This document shows positions 20,393 through 30,629 of a DNA stretch of 64,000 nucleotides, piece by piece. The position numbers and the translations under genes were made by a program. Positions within the stretch are counted from its first letter, which is position 1. Each line of letters begins with the position of its first letter. Below the pieces are notes generated by a model that was given only the letters and a program-made list of their open reading frames with translations, searched no databases and had not been told where the DNA came from. Source of the DNA: Actinomycetota bacterium (GTDB lineage Bacteria; Actinomycetota; Actinomycetes; JACCUZ01); NCBI GenBank assembly GCA_030841035.1, contig JAVEDI010000038.1, positions 35,205 to 99,204 of the forward strand, in the 5' to 3' direction.

Positions 20393-23166
20393 ACCAGACG
20401 CTCGCCAGCGGCGAGGCGGCCACCGGGACAGGGCCGTCGACACCCGACATCAGGGCGGTGCAGGGTCGAGGTCGCCAGGCCCTGCGCCAGGGCGGTGTCC
20501 TCGTCGCGCAGCTCAGCGCCGGCGTCGGCAACCTGGCCTTCCTCCTGGTGTCGGCGCACCTGCTCCCACCCGGACAGTTCGCCCAGCTCGCCGCGTTCCT
20601 GGCCGTGTACCTGCTCCTGCACACGGTGGCGGCCGCCGCGGCTCCCGCCGTGGCGCTCGATCCCGGCCTCGAGGCCCGGCTGCGCTCACAGGCGCTGGCC
20701 ACGGGCCTCGGTCTCGGGACGGCTGTGGCCCTGACCGCGTCGTGGACGAGCGAGGTCACCGGGTTGTCGGTGACCACCCTGCTGGCGCTCGGCGCTGCCG
20801 CGCCGGGTGCCACGCTGCTCGCGCTCGCCCGTGGTCGGCTCTACGGAGAGGAGCGCGGGGCAGCCGTGGCGGTGACGCTGCTCACCGAGCCGCTCGCAAG
20901 GGTGCTGTTCGGCATCGGGCTGGCTGTGCTGCTGCGGCCGCAGACCGCCGTGTGGGGTGTCGTCGCGGCCGGTTACGCGGCCCTCGCGGTCGCCGTCCTC
21001 ACCGCTCGTGCACCGGCGCCGCCCGGCTCCGGTGCACGACCGCAGCTGTCCCCGGGCCTGCCGGCCCTCACCGCCGCCACGCTGCTCGGCGTCGCGGTCG
21101 TCGGCAGCCAGGACGTGATCTTCGCCAACCGGCTGCTGCCCGATGCGTCGGGCGCGCTGTTCGCGGCCGTCTCGACGTTGGGCGCCATGGTGTTCTTCGC
21201 CACCTCGACCGTGCCGCTGGTGATGCTGCCGCAGGCGGTACGGCGCGATCCCGGTGCGCTGTTGACCGCCACGTCGTTGACCGGCGGGCTCAGCGCGCTC
21301 GCGGTGGCGGCCCTGTCGTTCGCCCCCGCCTCGCTCTACGGGCTGCTGCTCGGCGAGCGCTACATCGCGGCGCACGAGCTGGCCGTCCCCTACCTGTGCG
21401 CGATGGCGGCGCTCGGCCTCAGCCGGGTGCTACTGGCCCACCTGTGCGCTACGGGGTCGGGCCGGCGGGCGTTCGCCATCACGCTGCTGGCGGTGGCCCT
21501 CCAGGCGGTCCTCGTGGTGATGGCAGGGTCGGCGGCCGAGGTGGTCACCGCCACCACGGTTGCGTCCTGCGCCCTGCTGGTGTCGGCCGTGGCCGCCGTC
21601 ATGCTTCGTACGCCGGTGGTGCTGCCCGAAACGGTGGCTGCGCCTGTCGACATACCCGGGATCGGGGGCGGAGCGCACAGGGCGGCACGTCTCCTGTCGT
21701 GGCGGCGGAGGCTGGGCGCCGCGCTGCCGCTGGCGACGATCATCCTCGTGGCTGTCGCGCTGCGCGCCTACGTCACCCGCAGCGTGTGGATCGACGAGGC
21801 GATCAGCATCCGGCAGGCGAGCCAGCCCTACGGCGCGATGCTCTCCCAGCTGGCGGCCAACGACGTGCATCCGCCGCTCTACCACTCGCTGCTGTGGGCG
21901 GTCGTGCACCTGAGCGGCAGCGACGGTGAGGCTGTTGTCCGGCTGCCGTCCATGGTCGTCGGGACGCTTCTCGTGCCGGTCTTCTTCGTCGTCGCCCGAG
22001 ACCTGTGGGACCGGCGCACGGGGCTCGTCGCGGCGGTGGTGGTTGCGGTGGCACCGGTGGCGGTGTGGTACTCCCAGGAGGCGCGGATGTACGCGCTGTG
22101 GATGCTCTTGGCGACGCTGCTGATCTGGCTGCAGGCGAAGCTGTGGCGCGGAGACCGCGGCTGGCGGCTGTGGGCCGGTCTCGCGCTCGCCGGAGCCGCC
22201 AGTCTGTGGACCCAGTGGTTCGCGGTGCTCCCGCTCGCCGTCGGCTACCTGGTGCTGCTCGGGCACGCTCTCGCCCGGTGGCGGGCGGGAGACGGTCCGC
22301 GCCGGCTGCTGGCCCTGCTCACCAGCGCGAGCGCCACCGTGGCGCTGGTGCTGCCGATCGTTCCTATCGGCCTCGCGCAGGCGGAGCGGGTGCTGGGTGG
22401 GGCCAGCGCAGGGTCCGGGGCGGCGGGGCAGACGGGGTCGGCAGCGTCGCAGGCGGTAGCCGGTGCACCCGACGTCTACGCCGCGCTCGCGAACGTGATC
22501 TGGGCGGTGTGGGGCTACCACTCAGACGAGCAGATGGTGCTGCTGTCGGCCCTGTGGCCGGTCATCGCGCTGCTGGCGCTGGCGCTGCTCGGCCGCGGCC
22601 GCTCACGGGAGGTGACGTTGCTCGTCGCGGTCGCCGGGGTGCCGTTCCTGGTGATGTTCGCGCTCGGGTTCGTGCAGCGCAACTTCTTCGAGCTGCGTTA
22701 CTTCACGGCCACCGTGCCGGCCCTGCTGCTGCTCCTCGCCCGGCTCTCGGCGACATGGGGGCGCAGTCGGCTGACCGCGGCGGCCTTGCCCGCGCTGCTC
22801 GTGGTGTCGATGGCGGCGGGTCTGGTCGACCAGCAGGTCAACCGCTCCAATCCGCGCATCTACGACTTCCGCGGAGCCATTACGTGGGCCGCGGACCGCG
22901 GCGAGGGCGACGACCTGCTGTTGTTCGCGCCGTCGTGGCTGTCCGACGAGCTCCACTACTACTCACCGGGGATGCGTACCCGAGCGATCCATGGACCCGT
23001 CGCGCCACCGTCGGACGGCACCCGCGTGTTCGTCCTCGGCAGCTTCCTCGACGACCCGGCCACGAGCGGCGCCGTCGGCGACGTGCTGGCCCAGCTGAGG
23101 AACGCGGGCGCACGGCTGGTTGCGCGCCACAAGGTGGCCAACGTCGAGGTCTGGGAGTTCGCGTGA
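20389..23166 (+). CDS. fusion of a Wzx-like (MOP) flippase domain and a GT-C (PMT_2/ArnT-like) glycosyltransferase
   Basis: N-half about 12 TMs with AHLLPPGQFAQLAA and QDVIFANRLL..GALFAA; C-half SVWIDEAIS, DVHPPLY, VRLPS, YSQEARMYAL, RYF; one 925-aa open frame. Confidence 0.75.
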   Translation: MNQTLASGEAATGTGPSTPDIRAVQGRGRQALRQGGVLVAQLSAGVGNLAFLLVSAHLLPPGQFAQLAAFLAVYLLLHTVAAAAAPAVALDPGLEARLRSQALATGLGLGTAVALTASWTSEVTGLSVTTLLALGAAAPGATLLALARGRLYGEERGAAVAVTLLTEPLARVLFGIGLAVLLRPQTAVWGVVAAGYAALAVAVLTARAPAPPGSGARPQLSPGLPALTAATLLGVAVVGSQDVIFANRLLPDASGALFAAVSTLGAMVFFATSTVPLVMLPQAVRRDPGALLTATSLTGGLSALAVAALSFAPASLYGLLLGERYIAAHELAVPYLCAMAALGLSRVLLAHLCATGSGRRAFAITLLAVALQAVLVVMAGSAAEVVTATTVASCALLVSAVAAVMLRTPVVLPETVAAPVDIPGIGGGAHRAARLLSWRRRLGAALPLATIILVAVALRAYVTRSVWIDEAISIRQASQPYGAMLSQLAANDVHPPLYHSLLWAVVHLSGSDGEAVVRLPSMVVGTLLVPVFFVVARDLWDRRTGLVAAVVVAVAPVAVWYSQEARMYALWMLLATLLIWLQAKLWRGDRGWRLWAGLALAGAASLWTQWFAVLPLAVGYLVLLGHALARWRAGDGPRRLLALLTSASATVALVLPIVPIGLAQAERVLGGASAGSGAAGQTGSAASQAVAGAPDVYAALANVIWAVWGYHSDEQMVLLSALWPVIALLALALLGRGRSREVTLLVAVAGVPFLVMFALGFVQRNFFELRYFTATVPALLLLLARLSATWGRSRLTAAALPALLVVSMAAGLVDQQVNRSNPRIYDFRGAITWAADRGEGDDLLLFAPSWLSDELHYYSPGMRTRAIHGPVAPPSDGTRVFVLGSFLDDPATSGAVGDVLAQLRNAGARLVARHKVANVEVWEFA

Positions 23167-24755
23167 CCATGACCCGCACGGTCCTCGACCCCAGAGTCGC
23201 CGACCCGGCATGGGGCACCGCTCCGCTGGGAACTCGTACGCCACGGCACCTGCGGCTGCTGCTCACCCTGAACCTGCTCGCGACGTCGTGGTACTTCGGC
23301 TGGCTCCTGGACCCCGCGCGAGTGGGCAACCCGGGGCTGTACGCGGTCCTCGTGGTGGCCGAGGGCCTCAACCTGGTGCAGGCACTGGGCTTCTGGTGGA
23401 CCCTGGCCGGGGAGCGCCGCTTCGCTCGTGGGCGGCCCGGCTCGTCGGCGGGCGGCCCGGCAGCGGTCGAGCGCCCGTCGGTGGACGTGCTCGTCCCTCG
23501 CTACTCCGAACCGGTCGAGATCGTCGAGCCGACTCTCGCGGCCGCTGTGCGGCTGCGCGGTGGCGACGTACGCGTGTGGTTGCTCGACGACGGTGACAGC
23601 GACGAGATGGCCGCGCTGGCGAAGCGGGTCGGCGCGGGCTACCTGCGCCGCCACGAGCACACCGGCGCGAAGGCGGGCAACATCAACGCCGCACTGGCTC
23701 GCACGTCGGGCGAGTACGTGCTCGTGCTCGACTGCGACCACGTGCCGCACCCCGACTTCCTGGTGCGCACGCTGCCGGCGATGGCCGACCCGCACGTGGC
23801 GTTCGTGCAGACCCCCCAGCACTACGCCAACTCCACCGGCAACCCGGTGGCCGCGGCGGCGTGGAGTCAGCAGGCGCTGTTCTTCGGTTGCATCGCGCGG
23901 GGCAAGAACGTGCGCGGGGCGATGTTCTGCTGCGGGACCAACGTGGTGTTCCGGCGTGCGGCGCTCGACGACGTGGACGGCTTCCCGGAGGACTCGGTGA
24001 CCGAGGACTTCCTGCTCTCCGTGCGGCTGCAGGAACGTGGCTGGCGCACCGAGTACGTCGCCGAGGTGCTGGCCCAGGGGCTCGGCCCGGAGGACATGGC
24101 CAGCTACGCGAGCCAGCAGCTGCGCTGGGCGCGTGGCTGCCTGTCGGCGATCCCGACCACGTTGCGCTCGAACCTGTCCCCGAGGCTGAAGGCGCAGTAC
24201 CTGCTCTCGAGCGCCTACTTCCTCTCGGGCTGGACCGTGGTGGTCTACATGATGCTGCCGGTCTCGCGGATCCTGCTGGGGGCTCAGCCGCTTGCGGTGT
24301 CCGGGGCCGACCAGTTCCTCGCTCACTTCGCGCCCTACTTCGCGCTGTCGCTGTTGACCGTCGCGGTGGCGGGCGCGGGTCGATACACCTTCGCGGCGTA
24401 CTCCATGGCAGCGGCTGGTTTCTGGATCCACGTCTCGGCCTCGCTCGCCGTGCTGCTGCGCCGGCGCGGCCGCTTCGTCGTCACGCCCAAGAGCGGCTCG
24501 GTCGGCTGGCAGCCACGGGCCGTGTGGCCGGCGCTGGCGGCGATCGGGGTGCTGCTGGGGTCGTGCGCGGTCGGGCTGGCGCACGCCCGTGACGCCGCGA
24601 TGCTCAACAACGTCACGTTCGCGTTGCTGCACGTCGTGGTGCTCACGAGCGGTGTGTCGGGCGCCCTGTCCCCGCAGTGGGCGAGGCGGTTGACCGCGCC
24701 GACCAGGACCGGGACGGCGGCCGAGCCGGCGGTCGAGCCGGTGGTGGTGCCCTAG
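23163..24755 (+). CDS. processive cellulose-synthase-like GT2 (BcsA/CslA type) without PilZ domain
   Basis: PRYSEP, LLDDG, HTGAKAGNIN, LDCDH, QTPQ, FCCGTN, SVTED, QQLRWARG, FVVTPK; GTGA overlap (ATG 23169 is the alternative). Confidence 0.9.
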   Translation: MTMTRTVLDPRVADPAWGTAPLGTRTPRHLRLLLTLNLLATSWYFGWLLDPARVGNPGLYAVLVVAEGLNLVQALGFWWTLAGERRFARGRPGSSAGGPAAVERPSVDVLVPRYSEPVEIVEPTLAAAVRLRGGDVRVWLLDDGDSDEMAALAKRVGAGYLRRHEHTGAKAGNINAALARTSGEYVLVLDCDHVPHPDFLVRTLPAMADPHVAFVQTPQHYANSTGNPVAAAAWSQQALFFGCIARGKNVRGAMFCCGTNVVFRRAALDDVDGFPEDSVTEDFLLSVRLQERGWRTEYVAEVLAQGLGPEDMASYASQQLRWARGCLSAIPTTLRSNLSPRLKAQYLLSSAYFLSGWTVVVYMMLPVSRILLGAQPLAVSGADQFLAHFAPYFALSLLTVAVAGAGRYTFAAYSMAAAGFWIHVSASLAVLLRRRGRFVVTPKSGSVGWQPRAVWPALAAIGVLLGSCAVGLAHARDAAMLNNVTFALLHVVVLTSGVSGALSPQWARRLTAPTRTGTAAEPAVEPVVVP

Positions 24756-25741
24756 TGCCGGGCCATCGCCGGGGGGCCGGTCGGTCGGCGGTGCTGGCCC
24801 TGGCGGCCTCGGCAGCCCTGCTGCTGGTCGTCACGCCCCAGCCGTCGCAGGCCCCCGAGCGGGTCGCCTGGTCCAGCCCCTTGGCGCCCAGCCCGTTCGC
24901 CGGCGCACGGCTGTACGTCGACCCGGCGACCGCGGCCACCCGCGACCCGGTGCTCTCCAGGGTGACCGGCCGAGCGCAGGCCAGCTGGTTCGGTGACTGG
25001 GTACCGACGGGCCGGCTCACCGCCGCGGTCTCCGACCTTGTCGGTCGCGCGGCGGCCGCAGGCGCGCTGCCGGTGCTGGTCGCCTACGACATTCCGCTTC
25101 GTGACTGCGGCTCCTACTCCCTCGGCGGCGCGAGCAGCTCGCGGGCCTACCGGGACTGGATCTCGGCGTTCGCGGCGGGCATCGGGCCGCAGCGCGCCGT
25201 CGTGGTGCTCGAGCCCGACGCGCTCGCGCAGATCGACTGCCTGTCGGCCGCGGACCGGGCGGCGCGTTACGACCTCCTGCGGTACGCGGTCAGGGTGCTG
25301 GACCGGCTGCCCGCGGTCGCGACGTACCTCGACGCCGGCCACAGCTCGTGGGTGCCCACCGCGGAGATGGCCGCTCGGCTGGTCCGCGCGGGTGTCGTGG
25401 CGACGCGTGGCTTCGCGCTGAACGTCTCGAACTTCCAGTGGACGACGGACGAGCTGCGCTACGGCCGGTCGCTGTCCTCGCTGCTGGGCTGGAAGCGTTT
25501 CGTCGTCGACACCAGCCGCAACGGGCTCGGCCCGGCGCTGGGCCCGGACGGCTGGTGCAACCCGTCCGGTCGCGCGCTCGGGGCGCCGCCGCTGACACCG
25601 GTGAACGACCGGCTCGTCGACGCGCTGCTGTGGGTCAAGCGACCGGGCGAGTCGGACGGCTCCTGCGGGCGGGGCGATCCACCGGCGGGCGTGTCATGGG
25701 CCGCCTACGCGCGCGGTCTCGCGCAGCGGTCGCTGTGGTGA
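24755..25741 (+). CDS. GH6 endoglucanase, secreted or membrane-anchored
   Basis: hydrophobic N-terminus; YDIPLRDC, LEPDAL, DAGHS, NVSNF, VDTSRNG, WCNP, WVKRPGESDG. Confidence 0.92.
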   Translation: MPGHRRGAGRSAVLALAASAALLLVVTPQPSQAPERVAWSSPLAPSPFAGARLYVDPATAATRDPVLSRVTGRAQASWFGDWVPTGRLTAAVSDLVGRAAAAGALPVLVAYDIPLRDCGSYSLGGASSSRAYRDWISAFAAGIGPQRAVVVLEPDALAQIDCLSAADRAARYDLLRYAVRVLDRLPAVATYLDAGHSSWVPTAEMAARLVRAGVVATRGFALNVSNFQWTTDELRYGRSLSSLLGWKRFVVDTSRNGLGPALGPDGWCNPSGRALGAPPLTPVNDRLVDALLWVKRPGESDGSCGRGDPPAGVSWAAYARGLAQRSLW

Positions 25742-26934
25742 GCACTCCTGCCACGGAGCAGCCGCGCTTCGAGCTGTTGGACGCGATCCGCTTCGCGGCG
25801 GCCTCGATGGTCGTCGCCTTCCACTACCTGTTCAACGGCGTCGCGGGCGGGAAGGTCACGTCGCTGACGCTGGACGGTCCACCGCTGGACGTGGCGCCCG
25901 GCGTGGTGAAGTACGGCTATCTCGGGGTCCCGCTGTTCTTCCTCGTCAGCGGCTTCGTCATCACCCGGTCCACGCGCGGCCGGTCTGCCGACCGGTTCGT
26001 CGTCGGCCGAGCGCTGCGGCTGCTGCCGGCTTACTGGTGCGGCGTACTCATCACGTCGACGGTCGCCGTGTGGCTCGGCGGCCAGGTCGTCCACGTCGAC
26101 GTACCGATGGTGCTCGCCAACCTCACCATGGTGCCGCCGCTGTTCGGACAGCCGTTCGTGGACGGGGTGTACTGGACGCTGCTGGTCGAGCTGCAGTTCT
26201 ACCTGCTGGTGCTGGCGTTGTTGCAGGTCGGCAGGGGCAGGCTCGTCGAGCGGTTCGTGCCGTGGTGGGCCCTACTGATGCTCGGCGCGACGGCCGCGGG
26301 TGTCGGCCGGGTGCCCTATCTCGGTGGCTACATGGGTTTCTTCGCCGCCGGTGCTGTCCTCAGCACGCTGCAGCAACGGGGGGCGTACGCCGACGGGCGT
26401 GAGCGCCTCGTCCTGCTGGCGGGTCTGGCGGCGGCGTACTGCGTGGGCGTCCAGCACTGCGTCGTCGAGCTGCCGGCGCTGGAGGCGCAGCGGCACACGA
26501 CGTATTCGGTGCCGGTGGTGGTCGCCCTCGTGACGGCGGGCCACCTGATGCTCGCGGCCTTCTGCGTGCCGCGCGTCGCGCGGCTGAGGGTGCCGGGAGC
26601 CCGGGCGCTCGGCTCCCTGACCTACCCGCTCTACCTGCTCCACGCGCACCTGGGCTACATGCTGCTCAACCGGTTCGCCCGCCCGGAGACCACGTGGTTC
26701 GTCTACCCGGCGTTGGTCGCGGGGATCCTTGCCCTGTCGGGTGCCGTGCACCTCGTCGTCGAGAAGCGGCTCGAGGCGGTCTGGCGTCGGCTCTTCGAGG
26801 CGACGCTGGGCGCCGGAATGCGAGCGGCGGCAGGTTCAGCGGCCACCTGTGTCCGCTCCTGGAGGTCGAGGCCCCACCCGTGGCTCTCCTCGAAGACGCG
26901 CTCCTGCAGTCGCGCCGAGCCGAGCCGTCGGTAG
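25738..26934 (+). CDS. acyltransferase-3 (OafA-type) membrane O-acyltransferase
   Basis: LDAIRF...VVAFH, GVPLFFLVSGFVI, RALRLLPAYW, YWTLLVELQFY, LTYPLYLLH. Confidence 0.9.
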   Translation: MSTPATEQPRFELLDAIRFAAASMVVAFHYLFNGVAGGKVTSLTLDGPPLDVAPGVVKYGYLGVPLFFLVSGFVITRSTRGRSADRFVVGRALRLLPAYWCGVLITSTVAVWLGGQVVHVDVPMVLANLTMVPPLFGQPFVDGVYWTLLVELQFYLLVLALLQVGRGRLVERFVPWWALLMLGATAAGVGRVPYLGGYMGFFAAGAVLSTLQQRGAYADGRERLVLLAGLAAAYCVGVQHCVVELPALEAQRHTTYSVPVVVALVTAGHLMLAAFCVPRVARLRVPGARALGSLTYPLYLLHAHLGYMLLNRFARPETTWFVYPALVAGILALSGAVHLVVEKRLEAVWRRLFEATLGAGMRAAAGSAATCVRSWRSRPHPWLSSKTRSCSRAEPSRR

Positions 26935-26973
26935 CGCCGGGGCGCCGGTCGTGGGTCCGGCAGACGACACCTG

Positions 26974-29169
26974 CTAGCCGGCGGCCTGCCGGCGCAGCCA
27001 CACCGTGCCGAGCGGCGGCACCCGCAACGCCGCCGACGCCGGTCGTCCGTGCCACGAGTCGGACGTCGCCGTGACGGTGCCGAGGTTGCCCACGCCGCTG
27101 CCGCTGTAGATCTCGGCGTCGGTGTTGAGCACCTCCTCCCAGTCGCCTGCGAACGGCAGGCCGACCCGGTACCCCTCGTGCGGGAGCGCCGAGAAGTTGG
27201 CGATGCACGCGAGCACCGAGCCGTCGGTGCCGTGGCGCAGGAAGGAGAACACGTTGTTCCCCGCGTCGTTGGCGTCGATCCACTCGAAGCCGGCGGGATC
27301 GGCGTCGCGGGTGAACAGTGCGGGACTCTCCGTGTAGACCCGGTTCAGGTCGGCGACCAGGCTCTGGACACCCTGGTGGTCGGGGTTCGCGGTGAGCCAC
27401 CAGTCGAGCGACCGCGACTCGGCCCACTCCGACTCCTGGCCGAACTCCGACCCCATGAACAGCAACTGCTTGCCGGGGTGGGCCCACATGAACGCGAGGT
27501 AGGCGCGCAGGTTGGCGAGCTTCTGCCAGTGATCACCAGGCATCTTGCCCAGCAGCGACCCCTTGCCGTGCACGACCTCGTCGTGGCTGATCGGCAGCAC
27601 GTAGTTCTCGGAGTAGGCGTACATCATCGAGAACGTCATCTGGTGGTGGTGGTACTGGCGGTAGATCGGCTCGTTGGCGACGTAGCCCAGCGAGTCGTGC
27701 ATCCAGCCCATGTTCCACTTGAACCCGAAGCCGAGTCCGCCCAGGTGCGTGGGCCGGGTGACACCGGGCCACGCGGTCGACTCCTCGGCGATGGTGACGA
27801 TGCCGGGCACCCGCTTGTACGCCGTCGCGTTGACCTCCTGCAGGAACGACACCGCATCGAGGTTCTCGCGACCGCCGAACTGGTTGGGCAGCCACTCGCC
27901 TTCCTTGCGCGAGTAGTCGAGGTAGAGCATGGAGGCGACGGCGTCGACGCGTAGCCCGTCGATGTGGAACTCCTCGAGCCAGTAGAGCGCGTTGGCGACC
28001 AGGAAGTTGCGCACCTCTGTGCGACCGAAGTTGAACACCAGCGTGCCCCAGTCGGGCTGCTCGCCACGGCGGGGATCGGGATGCTCGTAGAGCGCGGTCC
28101 CGTCGAACCTGGCCAGCGCCCAGGCATCCTTGGGGAAGTGGGCAGGCACCCAGTCGACGATGACCCCGATCCCCGCCTGGTGCAGGCGGTCGACGAGGTA
28201 GCGGAAGTCGTCGGGGTCGCCGAAGCGGGAGGTCGGCGCGAAGTACGAGGACACCTGGTAGCCCCACGAGCCGCCGAAGGGGTGCTCCGCCACGGGCAGG
28301 AACTCGACGTGGGTGAAGCCCAGGTAGCTCACGTGCCCGACCAGCTCGTCGGCGAGCTCGCGGTAGGAGCGGCCCTGCCGCCACGAGCCGAGGTGCACCT
28401 CGTAGGTGCTCATGGGGCTGGCCAGCGCGTCGGTCCTGGCCCGCCGTTCCAGCCACTCCTGGTCGCCCCACTCGTGCCGGGACGTGAACACCACCGATGC
28501 GGTCGCCGGCGGCACCTCGGCCCGGAACGCGACCGGGTCGGCCTTCTGTCGCCACTCGCCGTCGTGCCCGAGGACGGCGTACTTGTAGTGGGTTCCGTCG
28601 CCGATGTCCGGCACGAACAGCTCCCACACGCCGGTCGAGCCCATGGCCCGCATAGGGTGCGCGCGGCCGTCCCAGTGGTTGAAGTCGCCGAGCAGCCGGA
28701 CGCCCTGCGCGCTGGGCGCCCAGACGGCGAAGGACGTGCCCTGGACCGGACCCGAAGCACCCTCGTAGGTGTGGGTGTGGGCGCCGAGGACCTTCCACAG
28801 CTCCTCGTGCCGGCCCTCGCCGAGCAGGTGCATGTCGAGCTCGCCCAGGGTGGGCAGGAAGCGGTAGGGGTCGTCCGTCGTGCGCGCCGGACCGTCGTAG
28901 GAGACCTCGAGGCGGTAGTCCGGCACCGTCGGTCCGGGGACGACTCCCACCCAGACGCCGAACTCCTCGTGGCGCATCTCGTACCGTCGGTCTCCGACGA
29001 CCGCCGTGACCGACGTGGCCCACGGTCGCAGCGCGCGGATGGTGACCGCGTCACCGCTGGGATGCGGACCGAGGACCGAGTGCGGGTCGTGGTGGGTCCC
29101 GGAGACGAGCCGGTGCAGCTCCTCGCCGGCGACCGGTGCCGGGGTCAGGCGGGTGCGGCCCTGTGTCAC
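26974..29169 (-). CDS. glgB: 1,4-alpha-glucan branching enzyme
   Basis: [54 protein letters not shown]. Confidence 0.97.
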   Translation of the reverse strand: MTQGRTRLTPAPVAGEELHRLVSGTHHDPHSVLGPHPSGDAVTIRALRPWATSVTAVVGDRRYEMRHEEFGVWVGVVPGPTVPDYRLEVSYDGPARTTDDPYRFLPTLGELDMHLLGEGRHEELWKVLGAHTHTYEGASGPVQGTSFAVWAPSAQGVRLLGDFNHWDGRAHPMRAMGSTGVWELFVPDIGDGTHYKYAVLGHDGEWRQKADPVAFRAEVPPATASVVFTSRHEWGDQEWLERRARTDALASPMSTYEVHLGSWRQGRSYRELADELVGHVSYLGFTHVEFLPVAEHPFGGSWGYQVSSYFAPTSRFGDPDDFRYLVDRLHQAGIGVIVDWVPAHFPKDAWALARFDGTALYEHPDPRRGEQPDWGTLVFNFGRTEVRNFLVANALYWLEEFHIDGLRVDAVASMLYLDYSRKEGEWLPNQFGGRENLDAVSFLQEVNATAYKRVPGIVTIAEESTAWPGVTRPTHLGGLGFGFKWNMGWMHDSLGYVANEPIYRQYHHHQMTFSMMYAYSENYVLPISHDEVVHGKGSLLGKMPGDHWQKLANLRAYLAFMWAHPGKQLLFMGSEFGQESEWAESRSLDWWLTANPDHQGVQSLVADLNRVYTESPALFTRDADPAGFEWIDANDAGNNVFSFLRHGTDGSVLACIANFSALPHEGYRVGLPFAGDWEEVLNTDAEIYSGSGVGNLGTVTATSDSWHGRPASAALRVPPLGTVWLRRQAAG

Positions 29170-30629
29170 GGTGCTCCCTCCGTGGGGTGGCTCGCGAGCC
29201 GGCGGACGGCGGACATCGGGATGCCCAGCCAGGCCGGTCGGTTGCGGGCCTCGTAGACCACCTCGTAGATGGCCTTGTCGGTCTCGTACGCGCGCAGGAG
29301 GACGGCGTCCTCGCGTGGGTCGCGACCGCTCACCTCCGCGTAGCCGCGGCAGAAGGCGTCGCGGTTGCGTTGTGCCCACTCGTTGGCCCGGTACTCGCGC
29401 TGCGGGTCGGCCGGGTGGTCGGCGAGCAGCTGACGGGCCGCGTAGTCGAAGGAGCGCAGCATGCCGGCGACGTCCTTGAGCGTCGACTCCAAACCCCTGC
29501 GCGACTCCAGCGCGCGGGCCGGCTCGCCCTCGAAGTCCAGCAGCTTCCAGCCTTCGAGCGTGCGCATGACCTGACCCAGGTGGTAGTCGCCGTGCACCCG
29601 CTGCACCGGGACCTCCGCGGTGAGCACACGCAGGTCGTCGAAGGCGCCGCGCAGCCCCGGTGCGAACGGGGCGAGGAGGTCGACCTCGGCCACCGCCTGC
29701 TCGAGCCGCTCACGCATGCCGTCGGCGAGCGCGGCCAGCTCCTTGGCGTCGAGCGTGCCCGTGGGCAGCGCCCGGGCCAGCGCGTCGTGTACGTCGGCTG
29801 TGGCAGCGCCCAGCCGCGCCGCTTCGCCCGCGAAGTCGCCCCCCACCTCGTCGGCGTGCAGGTCGCCCTCGGCGTAGAGGTCACGGACGCTGGTCCGGGC
29901 CAGCTCCCAGCCCTCGGTCGCGTCGCGCAGGAACAGCTGCGCCATCGCCAGGCTCACCTCGGGCTGTGGCGGGCGGCCCTGCAGCCAGCCGAGCGGCGTC
30001 GCGATGTGGGCGCATCCCGCGGCCGCCAGCGCGGTGTGGATCTCGATGTCGGGGTTGAGCCCCGGCGAGACCTTGCGGAAGACCTTCATGATCGCCGTGT
30101 CACCGAAGACGAGCGAGGTGTTGCTCTGCTCGGCCCCGATCACCAGCGACGGCCCGCCCGGGGGCAGCTGCTCGGCGGTCCCGTCGCGGTGGAACTCCCA
30201 GCCGTCACCCGAGGACGAGGAGGCGATGCCCTGCCACCACAGCTGCGTGGCGTCCTTGTCGTGCAGCGCGTCGAACACGTACGTCGGCGCGCCGTCGGGC
30301 CCGTCGCCCTGACCGACGAGGACGTGCAGCAGCGTCTCGACGGCATGGTCGTGGTACACGAGGGGGAGCTGGTAGGTCTCCGTGTCGCCGTCGTCGTAGC
30401 CGACGGTCACCAGCGCGATCCGCACGGCGGGTGGCTCTGCGCGCAGCCAGCCGAGGTGGGTGACGCCGGTGACCTGCCAGGTCCGGTTCTTGCCGGCGAA
30501 CCATCGCTGGTGCGCCAGGAAGGTCTTGAGGTCTGCGGTCGTCGGCACCGTCGGTGGGGTCGACCCACCGGTCGCCGCGACGTCGCGAGGCGGCGGGCTG
30601 CCCGGGCGCTCGGCCGCCGCGGGCGCCAT
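29166..30629 (-). CDS. mak: maltokinase (Pep2/Mak)
   Basis: [52 protein letters not shown]. Confidence 0.93.
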   Translation of the reverse strand: MAPAAAERPGSPPPRDVAATGGSTPPTVPTTADLKTFLAHQRWFAGKNRTWQVTGVTHLGWLRAEPPAVRIALVTVGYDDGDTETYQLPLVYHDHAVETLLHVLVGQGDGPDGAPTYVFDALHDKDATQLWWQGIASSSSGDGWEFHRDGTAEQLPPGGPSLVIGAEQSNTSLVFGDTAIMKVFRKVSPGLNPDIEIHTALAAAGCAHIATPLGWLQGRPPQPEVSLAMAQLFLRDATEGWELARTSVRDLYAEGDLHADEVGGDFAGEAARLGAATADVHDALARALPTGTLDAKELAALADGMRERLEQAVAEVDLLAPFAPGLRGAFDDLRVLTAEVPVQRVHGDYHLGQVMRTLEGWKLLDFEGEPARALESRRGLESTLKDVAGMLRSFDYAARQLLADHPADPQREYRANEWAQRNRDAFCRGYAEVSGRDPREDAVLLRAYETDKAIYEVVYEARNRPAWLGIPMSAVRRLASHPTEGAP

